Of a DNA stretch of 64,000 nucleotides, positions 20,842 to 30,271 are shown in pieces. The notes under the pieces are model-generated. The model saw nothing but the letters and a program-made list of their open reading frames with translations. It did no database searches and had not been told where the DNA came from. The position numbers and the translations under genes are program-made. How positions within the stretch are numbered: the stretch's first letter is position 1; each line of letters begins with the position of its first letter. Origin of the DNA: an uncultured delta proteobacterium (GTDB taxonomy: Bacteria > Desulfobacterota > Desulfuromonadia > Desulfuromonadales > BM103); contig CAVQRZ010000019.1 of the NCBI GenBank assembly GCA_963715335.1, positions 1 through 64,000 of the forward strand. Direction: 5' to 3'.

Positions 20842-22182
20842 ATGGAAATCGAAAAAGGTGCAGGAAAAATTGCCAAGTGCTTGAAACTGATGCTCAATAA
20901 CAAACCGGGACACCTGGCAAAAGTGACCGCTGCCATTGCCGAGCTGAACGCCAGTATCGGCGACATTCACCTGGTGCGGGTTGGCCGCACCCACAATACG
21001 CGCGAAATCGTCGTCTATGTCGACTCCGATCAGCAGTTCGAGGATGTTGTCGATGCCATCACCACCCTGGAGGGGATCATTGTTGAGGATGTCATCGACC
21101 TGGTTCACAAGGTTCATGAAGGGGGGAAGATCGCTACCCGCAGCAAGGTGAGGATCGAAACGATTACCGACGTCCGCCAGATCTACACTCCCGGCGTGGC
21201 CGCGATCTGCAATGATATCCATCGCTCTCCCGAGCTTGCCTACAAGTACACGTCGATCCCGAACTCGGTCGCCATCGTCACCAACGGCACGGCAATTCTC
21301 GGCCTCGGCGATATCGGCGCGGTCGCCGGCATGCCGGTCATGGAAGGCAAGGCCGTGCTCTTCGACTATCTGGTCGGTGTCAGCGGGGTTCCCATCCTGA
21401 TTGAAAATCGTGACCCCAAAGTGATCATCGACACGGTCCGCAATATCGCGCCGACCTTCGGTGCAATCAAGCTCGAAGATATCAAGGCCCCCGAGTGCTT
21501 CGAAATCGAAGATGTGCTCGACAATGAGCTCGACATACCTGTCCTGCATGATGATCAGCACGGCACGGCAGTCGTGGTGTTGGCCGCCCTGCTGAACGCA
21601 ACCCGTTTCTCCGGGCTGATGCTCAGCAAGTCAGTGGTCGGTGTGATCGGCCTCGGTGCGGCCGGGATGGGGATCAGCAAACTGCTGCTTTCGTACGGAG
21701 TCAAGAAGGTGATCGGGACCGACCTCAATGAAGCGGCCTGCGAGCGACTGGTCGCGGCAGGAGGCGAGGCCGAAACTCTTGATAATGTTATGAAAAAGGC
21801 CCATGTCGTGATCGCCACTACGGGTTGTCGTGGCCTGATCAGCCCGGCCATGGTACGTAAGGGGTCGGTCATCCTTGCCCTGACCAATCCCGAACCGGAG
21901 ATCGAGCCGGAACTGGCCGTACAGGCTGGCGCCTCCTTCGCCGCCGACGGCAAGAGCGTCAATAACGCTCTGGCCTTTCCGGGACTGTTCCGCGGCGCCC
22001 TGAATGTTCGCGCTACCCGGATCAACAACAAGATGAAGATCGCGGCAGCCCAGTGCATTGCCCGGCACGCTGAAGAAAATGAGTTGGTGCCGTCCCTGCT
22101 GCATCCCGATGTGCACAAGGAAGTGACCGCAGTGGTTGAGCGCGCGGCTCTTGAGTCGGGTGTCGTCAAACACTGGGATTGA
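20842..22182 (+). CDS. NAD(P)-dependent malic enzyme with N-terminal ACT domain
   Basis: ACT (NKPGHLAKV), [43 protein letters not shown]. Confidence 0.9.
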   Translation: MEIEKGAGKIAKCLKLMLNNKPGHLAKVTAAIAELNASIGDIHLVRVGRTHNTREIVVYVDSDQQFEDVVDAITTLEGIIVEDVIDLVHKVHEGGKIATRSKVRIETITDVRQIYTPGVAAICNDIHRSPELAYKYTSIPNSVAIVTNGTAILGLGDIGAVAGMPVMEGKAVLFDYLVGVSGVPILIENRDPKVIIDTVRNIAPTFGAIKLEDIKAPECFEIEDVLDNELDIPVLHDDQHGTAVVVLAALLNATRFSGLMLSKSVVGVIGLGAAGMGISKLLLSYGVKKVIGTDLNEAACERLVAAGGEAETLDNVMKKAHVVIATTGCRGLISPAMVRKGSVILALTNPEPEIEPELAVQAGASFAADGKSVNNALAFPGLFRGALNVRATRINNKMKIAAAQCIARHAEENELVPSLLHPDVHKEVTAVVERAALESGVVKHWD

Positions 22183-22188
22183 CCTGGC

Positions 22189-22392
22189 TTATGGCACGAT
22201 AATGCGCCCTGCCGGATCAACCGGCAGGGTGCTGCCGCCGAACTCACGCATGGCGATCAGGGCGTCGCGGGTGACGTTATCCAGCGGCTGCCCCCTCTGG
22301 CGGCGTAACTGCCCGACAAAGCGCTCCTCGCCGTAGGCAGAACGTGTCTTGTCATGATCCGAAATGCCCTCTGTAAAACAGCAAAAGCCCAA
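22189..22392 (-). pseudogene. C-terminal remnant of a SpoIIE/RsbU-like PP2C phosphatase
   Basis: FTEGISD...YGEERF...L.....GQPL....RDALIAMREFGG...PVD resembles the PP2C C-terminus; no N-terminal part present. Confidence 0.5.
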
Positions 22393-22435
22393 CCGGCCAA
22401 GCCGCGGTAACCCTAGTCAAATTGCGTGGTTTATC

Positions 22436-22464
22436 TTGACATCCCCAGCCCTTCACATTATGTT
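22436..22464 (+). promoter_or_regulatory. Sigma70 promoter for the sensor kinase/response regulator pair
   Basis: TTGACA-17 nt-TATGTT. Confidence 0.7.
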
Positions 22465-22544
22465 AGTAAGGGATCATTAATTATCCTTAAGCTCCTGGTG
22501 CGGTCGCCCCTTCCGTATGGAAGCAGCCGAATCTCCCGGATTTT

Positions 22545-22579
22545 ATGACCAGGATGACTAGGATGACCAGGGTGCCAGG
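22545..22579 (+). repeat. Tandem 9-bp repeats in the 5' leader
   Basis: ATGACCAGG ATGACTAGG ATGACCAGG GTG-CCAGG. Confidence 0.8.
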
Positions 22580-22647
22580 GTCAAGACGGGTGTCATCGAC
22601 TCGATCCCCCGCATCCGGTTTTTTCAGCTCCTGCTCGGGTGGATACC

Positions 22648-24291
22648 ATGAAGAGGTTTGGTGCGCTCAGCCACAGCTTGATCAGCAAGTTCACGTTTCG
22701 CACGGGACTTGTCCTGCTGATTACCATCTCGCTGTTCGCGTCTTTCAATATCAGCACTCTGAAGGATGTCTTTCTGCAGGATGCCAAGGATGATGTTGAA
22801 ACCTTAAGCGAGATCATTCTCCACACGACCCACTTCCAGATGCTCGAGGACAACCGGACCAGGGTCTACGAGATGATCGATGAAGTCACACAGCATGAGA
22901 AAATAGACCGGGTCCGTCTTTTTAGTCCGCAGGGGGATGTCCATTTCTCGACCCAGAGTAATGAAATAGGCAAAGCCAGAGAAGTGCTCAGCCTCAGTGA
23001 TCAGGGGGGTGACAGAGAGGCGATGTCTGCCGAGAGCAGCACCCAGAAGAGTAATCGCAGGATCTTTGTAAATCCGCAGGGTGTGGAGATTCTCAGTGTT
23101 ACGACCGAGATTGACAACAAGCCGGATTGCTACACGGCGGCCTGTCATGTGCATTCGCCCGACGTCAAGATTCTCGGCTACCTGGAGGTTCAGGGCACCC
23201 TGGCAAAAATCGGCGTACAGGCCAGCGCTTACCGGGACAGTATAGCGATCTTTGGCGGGGCTCTGATGCTGTTAATCATCATCTGCCTGAGCTGGATGAC
23301 GCAAAGCATGGTTATCGACCCGGTCCGTGATCTTCTATTGCATGCCCGCAAGGTATCGAATATGGAGCTCGACAGCCAGCTGCAGTTGAAATCCAACGAT
23401 GAGATCGGCGAACTGTCGGAAGCCTTTAACACCATGACTGTCAAATTGAAGGATGCCCGCGACGAATATCGGGAGTTGAACGAAACTCTCGAGGCAAAGG
23501 TCCTTGAAAGAACCGAAGAAATCGCCCAGGTCAATTACCAGCTGGCGCGCTCTGAAAAACTCGCCTCGCTAGGCGAACTGGTTGCCGGGATCGCCCATGA
23601 GATCAACAATCCGTTGGGCGGAATCCTGATGTTCGCAAACATGTTCGCCGAGGATCCGCGGCTCGGCGACGATCAACGTGCGGACGCCAGGACGATCGTA
23701 CACGAGACGAAGCGTTGTGCCGATATCGTCAAGCGCCTGCTCGATTTCTCCAGGACCTCAATTCCGGACAAGCGGCTCAAATCACTTGCCAGCATCATGG
23801 AGAGCACTCTGGCTCTGGTCGAACACCACGCCGCGGTAAATGATGTCGAGATCGTTCGCCACTACGGGGTAAACCTGCCCGACATCGAAGTTGATCCGAC
23901 CCAGATTGAGCAGGTGTTCATCAACCTCCTGGTCAACGCCTGCCATGCCATGCCGCTCGGCGGTCGACTGACGATCACCATGCGCACTGATCCGCAACGC
24001 GACCTGCTGATCACAGCCATTGAGGATACCGGACAGGGTATTAGCGAAGAGAACCTGGGTCGAATCTTCGACCCCTTTTTTACTACCAAGAACCAGGAGC
24101 TCAATGGTATCGCCGGCACCGGCCTCGGCCTCTCGGTTTCCTATGGCATCATTCAGAACCATGGCGGGCACATCAAGGTGCAGAGCGTCGTCGATCGCGG
24201 CACTCTGTTCACTGTCGAACTGCCGGTGGCAAAATGGCTCTCCGCCGAGGAAGACGACGAATTGCCGGGCGGGAAAATCTCTACAGCATAA
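22648..24291 (+). CDS. NtrB-type sensor histidine kinase with periplasmic CxxxxCH motif and HAMP
   Basis: 2 TM; CYTAACHVH; HAMP; H-box AHEINNP; N-box QVFINLLVNA; DPFFTTK; GTGLGL. Confidence 0.92.
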   Translation: MKRFGALSHSLISKFTFRTGLVLLITISLFASFNISTLKDVFLQDAKDDVETLSEIILHTTHFQMLEDNRTRVYEMIDEVTQHEKIDRVRLFSPQGDVHFSTQSNEIGKAREVLSLSDQGGDREAMSAESSTQKSNRRIFVNPQGVEILSVTTEIDNKPDCYTAACHVHSPDVKILGYLEVQGTLAKIGVQASAYRDSIAIFGGALMLLIIICLSWMTQSMVIDPVRDLLLHARKVSNMELDSQLQLKSNDEIGELSEAFNTMTVKLKDARDEYRELNETLEAKVLERTEEIAQVNYQLARSEKLASLGELVAGIAHEINNPLGGILMFANMFAEDPRLGDDQRADARTIVHETKRCADIVKRLLDFSRTSIPDKRLKSLASIMESTLALVEHHAAVNDVEIVRHYGVNLPDIEVDPTQIEQVFINLLVNACHAMPLGGRLTITMRTDPQRDLLITAIEDTGQGISEENLGRIFDPFFTTKNQELNGIAGTGLGLSVSYGIIQNHGGHIKVQSVVDRGTLFTVELPVAKWLSAEEDDELPGGKISTA

Positions 24292-24349
24292 TTTATGAAC
24301 TATTTGTTATGTTGGAAATTGCTGGGTTGCAGTACAGGGAGAGGCGCTT

Positions 24350-25768
24350 ATGAATGAACAGATGGAACGAATCCTGATCGCTGATGATGATGCCGTAATC
24401 CGCGAAGGATTGCGTCGGGTCCTGAGCGGTGCAGGGTACAATGTTGAAACCGTCAGCAATGGCCGCGCCGCCCTGGAACGACTGGAGGCGGAGCGCTTCA
24501 AGCTGCTGGTTACGGACCTGAAAATGCCGGGTATGAGCGGTCTGGAGGTTCTGCGGGCGATCCGGACCTGTCAGCCCGAATTGCCGGTTATCCTGATAAC
24601 GGGCTACGCCGCTATCGACAATGCGGTCGAAGCGATGAAGAACGGTGCCACGGATTATCTAGCCAAGCCGTTCGAGAACGAAGAAATTATTGAAAAAGTC
24701 AAGACCGCCGTGGAGAACCGGGCGATCCTTATTGATGAAATGTATCTTCACCGGGAGATGAACGAGAGCCACGGTTTTGATTGCCTGCTTGGCAACAGTC
24801 GAGAAATGAAGCGACTCTACCAGCGCATCATCCAGGTGGCGCCGACTGACAGCACGGTTCTGATTACCGGTGAAAGCGGGACCGGCAAGGAGCTGGTCGC
24901 CCGCGCGATTCATGGTCACAGCTCGCGGCGCGAGCAGCCATTTGTGGCGGTTGACTGCACAACCCTTGCCGAGAGCCTGCTGGAGAGCGAGCTGTTTGGC
25001 CATGTCAAAGGCTCTTTTACCGGCGCGATCCAGACCAAGCGCGGCCTGTTTGAAGTAGCCGAGGGAGGGACAGTCCTGCTTGACGAGATTGGTAATATCA
25101 GCCTGTCGACTCAGGCCAAGCTGCTGCGCGTCCTGCAGGAGCGGGTTGTGACGCCGATCGGTGGGACGACGCTGGTGCCGATCAATATTCGCCTGGTGGC
25201 TGCGACCAATTCGAATTTACGGGAAATGGTCAAACGGGGCCTTTTCCGGGACGACCTGTTCTTCCGTCTGAACATCATTCCGATTGAGCTGCCGCCGCTC
25301 CGTGAGCGCAAAGGGGATCTGATGTTGCTCGCCGGCCAGTTCCTGAGGCGCTTTGCCGAAGAGAACGGCAAGGAGATTCGCGGCTTCTGCCCTGATGTTA
25401 TCGAGTTGTTGGAAAACTATGCGTTCCCCGGCAATGTGCGCGAACTGGAAAACCTTATCGAGCGCGCAGTCGTCCTCTCCCAGTCAGACCTCATCCAGAA
25501 GACCGACCTGGATATGCCCGGTGATGATCCCTCCAGCCTGTTAGCAGAGAAAGCCGTTCCCGTCGATGCCAATGAACTGAAGGAACAGAAGCGACTGCTG
25601 CGCGAGCAGGCGGTCGTGCCGCTGGAACGAGCCTTCCTCCTGAGCGCCCTGGACCGGAACGACTGGAACGTCACAAAGGCCGCGGAAGAAGTCGGGATGC
25701 AACGCCCCAACTTCCAGGCCATGCTGAAAAAACAGGGAATCAGCATTCGTGCGCGGGTGATGGACTAG
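24350..25768 (+). CDS. Sigma54-dependent response regulator (NtrC family)
   Basis: REC (IADDD, TDLKMPG), GESGTGKE, ESELFGHVKGSFTGA, FPGNVRELEN, Fis-type HTH. Confidence 0.94.
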   Translation: MNEQMERILIADDDAVIREGLRRVLSGAGYNVETVSNGRAALERLEAERFKLLVTDLKMPGMSGLEVLRAIRTCQPELPVILITGYAAIDNAVEAMKNGATDYLAKPFENEEIIEKVKTAVENRAILIDEMYLHREMNESHGFDCLLGNSREMKRLYQRIIQVAPTDSTVLITGESGTGKELVARAIHGHSSRREQPFVAVDCTTLAESLLESELFGHVKGSFTGAIQTKRGLFEVAEGGTVLLDEIGNISLSTQAKLLRVLQERVVTPIGGTTLVPINIRLVAATNSNLREMVKRGLFRDDLFFRLNIIPIELPPLRERKGDLMLLAGQFLRRFAEENGKEIRGFCPDVIELLENYAFPGNVRELENLIERAVVLSQSDLIQKTDLDMPGDDPSSLLAEKAVPVDANELKEQKRLLREQAVVPLERAFLLSALDRNDWNVTKAAEEVGMQRPNFQAMLKKQGISIRARVMD

Positions 25769-25812
25769 CTCAACGCCACAACAATCTCTCCTCATAAAAT
25801 AATAAAAATATC

Positions 25813-25841
25813 TGCACTGTATAGAGGATCTATACAGTGCA
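25813..25841. promoter_or_regulatory. Perfect 13-bp inverted repeat (terminator or enhancer site)
   Basis: TGCACTGTATAGA-GGA-TCTATACAGTGCA followed by a T-tract; about 200 bp upstream of a sigma54 promoter. Confidence 0.55.
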
Positions 25842-26036
25842 TTTTTTCTTAAAAAACCCTTTAACTCCAGAGTCTTAGGCTCATGCAGAGATTGCGTGAC
25901 CAGCTCTAGTCGGCCAATTAAGTATATTTTAATTATACGTTTCACAGGCTACCGCAGAATTGACCATCCGACACAATGCAAAATAGTCATCGCAAAAACA
26001 GATAGTTTACTGTCTTATATAAAAAAATTCTAAGAA

Positions 26037-26052
26037 TGGCACGGCTGATGCA
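26037..26052 (+). promoter_or_regulatory. Sigma54 (-24/-12) promoter
   Basis: TGGCACGGCTGATGCA, GG-N10-GC spacing, preceded by an AT-rich tract, directly downstream of an NtrC-type gene. Confidence 0.8.
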
Positions 26053-26110
26053 CTATCCAGTTATCAAGAGCTTCATGTCGAAGCGACACAGTAAAGAGAA
26101 GGAGGCCGTT

Positions 26111-26335
26111 ATGAAAACGATGCATATGTTGATCACGATGATGGCAGGTAGTGCTTCTGCCGCTTATGCGGCTACCGCAGTAGAGGGAGACGGGGTGGGT
26201 ATTCTGACCTATGCGTTCCTGGGGTTCTTTGCTCTGATTATCGTTTCCCAGCTGGTTCCGGCCGCGATTCTATTTTTCGGTATGGTCAAGGGGTTGTTTT
26301 CCGGCCGCGAGAAGAGTTCGGTGAAGGCTGACTAG
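26111..26335 (+). CDS. Small membrane protein (paralog of 26837-27079)
   Basis: AAGGAGG RBS; signal-like N-terminus + FLGFFALIIVSQLVP...GMVKGL. Confidence 0.75.
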   Translation: MKTMHMLITMMAGSASAAYAATAVEGDGVGILTYAFLGFFALIIVSQLVPAAILFFGMVKGLFSGREKSSVKAD

Positions 26336-26388
26336 GTGAGACTGCCCCCGATAAATGGGGCGGTCTGGGATCAGGCGGGAGAGAACTG

Positions 26389-26799
26389 ATGATGCACATG
26401 CCAGGATTACTCATCGCAGATGAAGACGTGTTGACCAGGAACCGCATGGCGGACCTGTTCATCAAGGCCGGTTACCAGGTGACAGTTACCACCTCGGCGG
26501 CAGGAGTTCTCTACGGGATACTCAAGAAGACAGCCCAGGTTGTTTTACTCAGTACGCGATTTGATGAACTGCTGGCAACGGAACTGATTCCGATTCTCAA
26601 AAAATGCAATCGCAACCTGACGATTATTCTGGTTGCCAGTGAGTTGCCTCTGGCTCTGATTCGGAAAGCACGAAGCGAGGGAATCTTCTACCACGCCCTC
26701 AAGCCGAGCAAGCCGGGAGACGAAGAAGAATTGCGCGAGGCTGTCAAGTGCGCATTTGAAAAGGTGACCAACAACACAACAGGTGAATGGCTGCAATAG
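26389..26799 (+). CDS. Stand-alone atypical receiver-domain protein
   Basis: LLIADED, GYQV, IILVAS, ALKP; VVLLS where the phospho-Asp is expected. Confidence 0.75.
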   Translation: MMHMPGLLIADEDVLTRNRMADLFIKAGYQVTVTTSAAGVLYGILKKTAQVVLLSTRFDELLATELIPILKKCNRNLTIILVASELPLALIRKARSEGIFYHALKPSKPGDEEELREAVKCAFEKVTNNTTGEWLQ

Positions 26800-26836
26800 C
26801 AACTGTGAACCGCATACCAACTAAATGGAGGAAATT

Positions 26837-27079
26837 ATGAAAAAGCTCAGAAATGCAACTATGGGAATGGCGATGTTGATGACGATGGTAACCCCTGCTT
26901 TTGCCGTGGATACGACCAAGACCTACTCCAGTGGCGTCCTGGTGGGCATCTTCCTGGGCTTCTGCGCACTAATCGTTGTCGTGCAGCTGATGCCGACGAT
27001 CATGCTCCTGGTCGGTTTTGTCAAAGGTCTGATCAAGGATCATTCCAAGCAGGGCAAGCGCCATGCCAGCAGAATCTAG
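26837..27079 (+). CDS. Small membrane protein (paralog of 26111-26335)
   Basis: GGAGG RBS; signal peptide ending PAFA; FLGFCALIVVVQLMP...GFVKGL. Confidence 0.75.
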   Translation: MKKLRNATMGMAMLMTMVTPAFAVDTTKTYSSGVLVGIFLGFCALIVVVQLMPTIMLLVGFVKGLIKDHSKQGKRHASRI

Positions 27080-27122
27080 TCTCCCGAAGAGCGAAGGAAT
27101 TGTCCACTAAGGAGGAATTACA

Positions 27123-27290
27123 ATGATCCAGATACTCGAAAAAATCGGCGAATGGGAAAGTGTACATACACTGGTGGATTTCTACCAGTACATCAAGGGC
27201 GTTGAGTATCTCATCTGTCTCGCGTTCTTCATCGCTTTCCCGATGTTCTACAAGTACCTGAATGAGAAGCCCGGTGACGTCAGCGAATGA
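27123..27290 (+). CDS. 55-aa HmcD-like single-TM protein (absent from the ORF track)
   Basis: AAGGAGG RBS; MIQILEKIGEWESVHTLVDFYQYIKGVEYLICLAFFIAFPMFYKYLNEKPGDVSE. Confidence 0.75.
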   Translation: MIQILEKIGEWESVHTLVDFYQYIKGVEYLICLAFFIAFPMFYKYLNEKPGDVSE

Positions 27291-27329
27291 GAGGGCCGTC
27301 TGGCACTCATCTGAATTAAGGAGAGAATC

Positions 27330-27845
27330 ATGAGCGCAAAGCAAACTTTAATCACCTTGATGACGGTATGCACATTCGTCATGTCAGTCATCCTGGCCCA
27401 GGCATTTGATGGTGTGCCTGAACAGGTTTCGATAGACCTCATGGCCAAATATTTTGACGCTGTTGAATTTGACCATGAGATGCATACCGAACTTGGTGAG
27501 GATTGTTCGGCCTGCCATCATCATACCGCCGGCACCGGAACAGCTGACGAACGTTGCGTGCGCTGTCACGCCGACAGCGACAAGGCCACATCGGTCAGTT
27601 GTCGCGACTGCCATGTTGTCGATCCCTTTTCCGCGGAACATATCAACCGTAAAGCGGCGGATGTGTACCAGTTCCATATTGACACGCCTGGCTTGAAGGC
27701 GGCCTATCACTGGAACTGCGTCGGTTGCCACGAAAAGATGGATGGGCCGACCGGTTGCCAGGATTGCCATGCCAGGACCCCCGAGGGAGACGCGTTCTAC
27801 CATAAGGATGCTCAAGCATCGGCCCCTGCCGAGGGCGGACATTAA
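27330..27845 (+). CDS. Pentaheme cytochrome c3-family protein
   Basis: Signal peptide; VEFDHEMH; 5 CxxCH; LKAAYH; GPTGC. Confidence 0.88.
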   Translation: MSAKQTLITLMTVCTFVMSVILAQAFDGVPEQVSIDLMAKYFDAVEFDHEMHTELGEDCSACHHHTAGTGTADERCVRCHADSDKATSVSCRDCHVVDPFSAEHINRKAADVYQFHIDTPGLKAAYHWNCVGCHEKMDGPTGCQDCHARTPEGDAFYHKDAQASAPAEGGH

Positions 27846-27904
27846 GACGTGGCCATTGAGATGACAATTACGGGTGCAAGAATTTCAGAATAAGGAGAGT
27901 TGTT

Positions 27905-28861
27905 ATGAGTGGAATCAGTCGACGGAGATTTCTTGCTGCGAGCGTAGCAGGATGTGCCGCCACAACCCTGGCCGGGTCAAAGAAGGCCCTGGCAGCCGGA
28001 TCCTTTTCCGGTTACCCGGATGGCATGGGTGTGCTGGTGGACCTGACCCGTTGCATCGGCTGCCGCAGCTGCGAAGCCGCCTGCAACAAGGAGCAGAACC
28101 TGCCAGCTCCGCAAAAACCATTTGATGACATGTCGGTTTTTGACGAGACTTTTCATGGCGGCAAACAGAAGCGACGCCCCGATGAGAACGCCTACACGGT
28201 CGTGAACCGCTACGATACGGAGAGCGCCAGCAAGCCGGTCTATCGCAAAGTGCAGTGCAATCATTGCAGTGAACCGGCCTGCCTGAGCTCCTGTTTCGTC
28301 AATGCTTATACCAAGACCCCCGAAGGCGCCGTCGTATACAACTCAAAAGTTTGTGTCGGCTGCCGCAACTGCATGATCGCCTGTCCTTTCAGCATCCCGG
28401 GATACAGTTACTCGAGTGCTTTTGATCCGGTGATCAAGAAATGCATCTTCTGTCATGAAACCAGACTGAAGAACGGCCTGCCGCCTGCCTGTGTTGAGAT
28501 ATGTCCGCAGGAAGCGCTGACCTTCGGCAAGCGCAAGGAACTGATCAAGATCGGTCACCAGCGGATCCAGACCCATCCCGGGCGCTATGTCAATCATCTC
28601 TACGGTGAAACGGAACTGGGCGGGACCCACTGGATGTACCTGTCGTCAGTCCCTTTCGAAGACGTTGGTTTTGACCCGAATCCGGGCAACGAACCGATCA
28701 TCAACAACGTCAAGGACTTCCTCAGTACCGTACCGATGGTGCTGGCCATCTGGCCGGCCATGTTTACCGGCTTCCATCTTCTGGCCAAGAAGCAGGATGG
28801 CCACGGTGATCACGAGCACGATGTCGAAGAACACCATGACGAGGAGGGAGGCGCACAATGA
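27905..28861 (+). CDS. Tat-exported 4Fe-4S protein (HmcB/HybA/NrfC family)
   Basis: SRRRFL Tat motif; CIGCRSC, CNHC..PAC, CVGCRNC...CP, KCIFC...PACVEICP; C-terminal TM. Confidence 0.9.
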   Translation: MSGISRRRFLAASVAGCAATTLAGSKKALAAGSFSGYPDGMGVLVDLTRCIGCRSCEAACNKEQNLPAPQKPFDDMSVFDETFHGGKQKRRPDENAYTVVNRYDTESASKPVYRKVQCNHCSEPACLSSCFVNAYTKTPEGAVVYNSKVCVGCRNCMIACPFSIPGYSYSSAFDPVIKKCIFCHETRLKNGLPPACVEICPQEALTFGKRKELIKIGHQRIQTHPGRYVNHLYGETELGGTHWMYLSSVPFEDVGFDPNPGNEPIINNVKDFLSTVPMVLAIWPAMFTGFHLLAKKQDGHGDHEHDVEEHHDEEGGAQ

Positions 28862-30198
28862 AACACTTACTTGAATGCGGAGTGAAGCTGGTTGATTCAC
28901 CGGTCAATGAAAAGACTGATCAGCCATGGACAATAAAAAGAAAACTTTTTCTGGGCCTGACTTTCGGCCAATATCTCGGCCAGGCTCTGCGAAATCCGTT
29001 CAACTGGATCCTCGGTATCATCTTTGCCATCGGGCTGCCGGTGATCGCCTACCGCTTCCTGTTCGGACTCAGCGCGGTTACGCACGCTTCGAACGATTAC
29101 CCCTGGGGCCTGTTGCTCGGTTTCGGTCTCTTCGCCATGGTGCCATTGTCTGCCTCAGGATTCATGCTTGGGACCACGGTGGAGATCTTTGGTCGTCACG
29201 ATTTCGAACCGATTGAGCGCCTGGCCTTGCTCAACGGCCTGCTCGGCTACTTCTTCGCGGTCGTCTTTCTGCTCTGCGATCTTGGCCAACCCTGGCGGCT
29301 GCCCTACCCGATGGCCGTTGCCTTCGGCCCGGCCGCAGTTCTGTTCCTGGTCGCCTGGCATGTCGCTACCTATCTGTCGGTCCAGATCGCCGAAGTTTCG
29401 GTCGCTTTCTTCGAGTGGATGGGCTGGCTGGGCGGCAAGCGCTTTATCAGGCGGATCGCTATCGGCCTGACCGTCGCTGGCATCATCCTTTCGACCCTGC
29501 ATCAGGGGGCTCTGGGCGCTCTATTTCTCTACGCCCCGGGCAAGGTCCATCCGCTCTGGTACTCGGCGCCATTCCAGTGGATCTTCTTTTTCTGTTCGTC
29601 GATCCCGGCCGGTCTCTGCATGGTGATTGCGGTCAGCACTGTGGTCAAGAAGACCATGGCCTGGCGTTGCGACAGCAACTTCCTCGACAACCTGGATCGT
29701 TGTACCTTGGGAATTGCCAAGGGCGCGAGCATGGCTCTGATCACCTATCTGGCGATCAAACTGATCGGCATTGCCCATGACAACGAGTGGGGCTACCTGG
29801 CAACTGGCTGGGGTCTGTGGTTCATGGTTGAGATCGCCGTGGCCGTGGTGCTGCCGCTGTGTCTCTTCGCCTACGCGATTCACAACCAGAGAGTCGGCCT
29901 GGTCCGGCTGGGGGCGTTCATCACAATCTTCGGGGTCGTCCTGAACCGTCTGAATACGTCCCTGATCACCTTCAACTGGAATCTCTACCAGGAGATCCCG
30001 CACATTTTTGAAGTGATCATGACCGTGACAGTGTTCTGCATCTACATAGTGGTTTACCGCTTTATCCTCTATCGTCTGCCGATCCTCTTTGCCTGGAAAG
30101 AGCAGCCGCAGGAAGCACTTGCCGCTGAGGCAGCCAAACCGGCACCCGTCAGGACTAGTACTGCTCCGGCCGGTGCCATGTACCGCAAGATCGACTGA
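28858..30198 (+). CDS. NrfD/HmcC/HybB-family integral membrane subunit
   Basis: YPWGL, DLGQPWR, LSTLHQGALG, HPLWY, LNRLN; about 10 TM. Confidence 0.9.
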   Translation: MKHLLECGVKLVDSPVNEKTDQPWTIKRKLFLGLTFGQYLGQALRNPFNWILGIIFAIGLPVIAYRFLFGLSAVTHASNDYPWGLLLGFGLFAMVPLSASGFMLGTTVEIFGRHDFEPIERLALLNGLLGYFFAVVFLLCDLGQPWRLPYPMAVAFGPAAVLFLVAWHVATYLSVQIAEVSVAFFEWMGWLGGKRFIRRIAIGLTVAGIILSTLHQGALGALFLYAPGKVHPLWYSAPFQWIFFFCSSIPAGLCMVIAVSTVVKKTMAWRCDSNFLDNLDRCTLGIAKGASMALITYLAIKLIGIAHDNEWGYLATGWGLWFMVEIAVAVVLPLCLFAYAIHNQRVGLVRLGAFITIFGVVLNRLNTSLITFNWNLYQEIPHIFEVIMTVTVFCIYIVVYRFILYRLPILFAWKEQPQEALAAEAAKPAPVRTSTAPAGAMYRKID

Positions 30199-30271
30199 GA
30201 TTGATTGCTGTATGGCTGCGGGGTTGCCAGTCAACCCCGCAGTTTCCCTGTCAAACCCAAGGAGATTCGTC

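Noticed and set aside
22545..22579. CRISPR-like array
   Set aside because: 9-bp tandem units without spacers; no cas genes in the window
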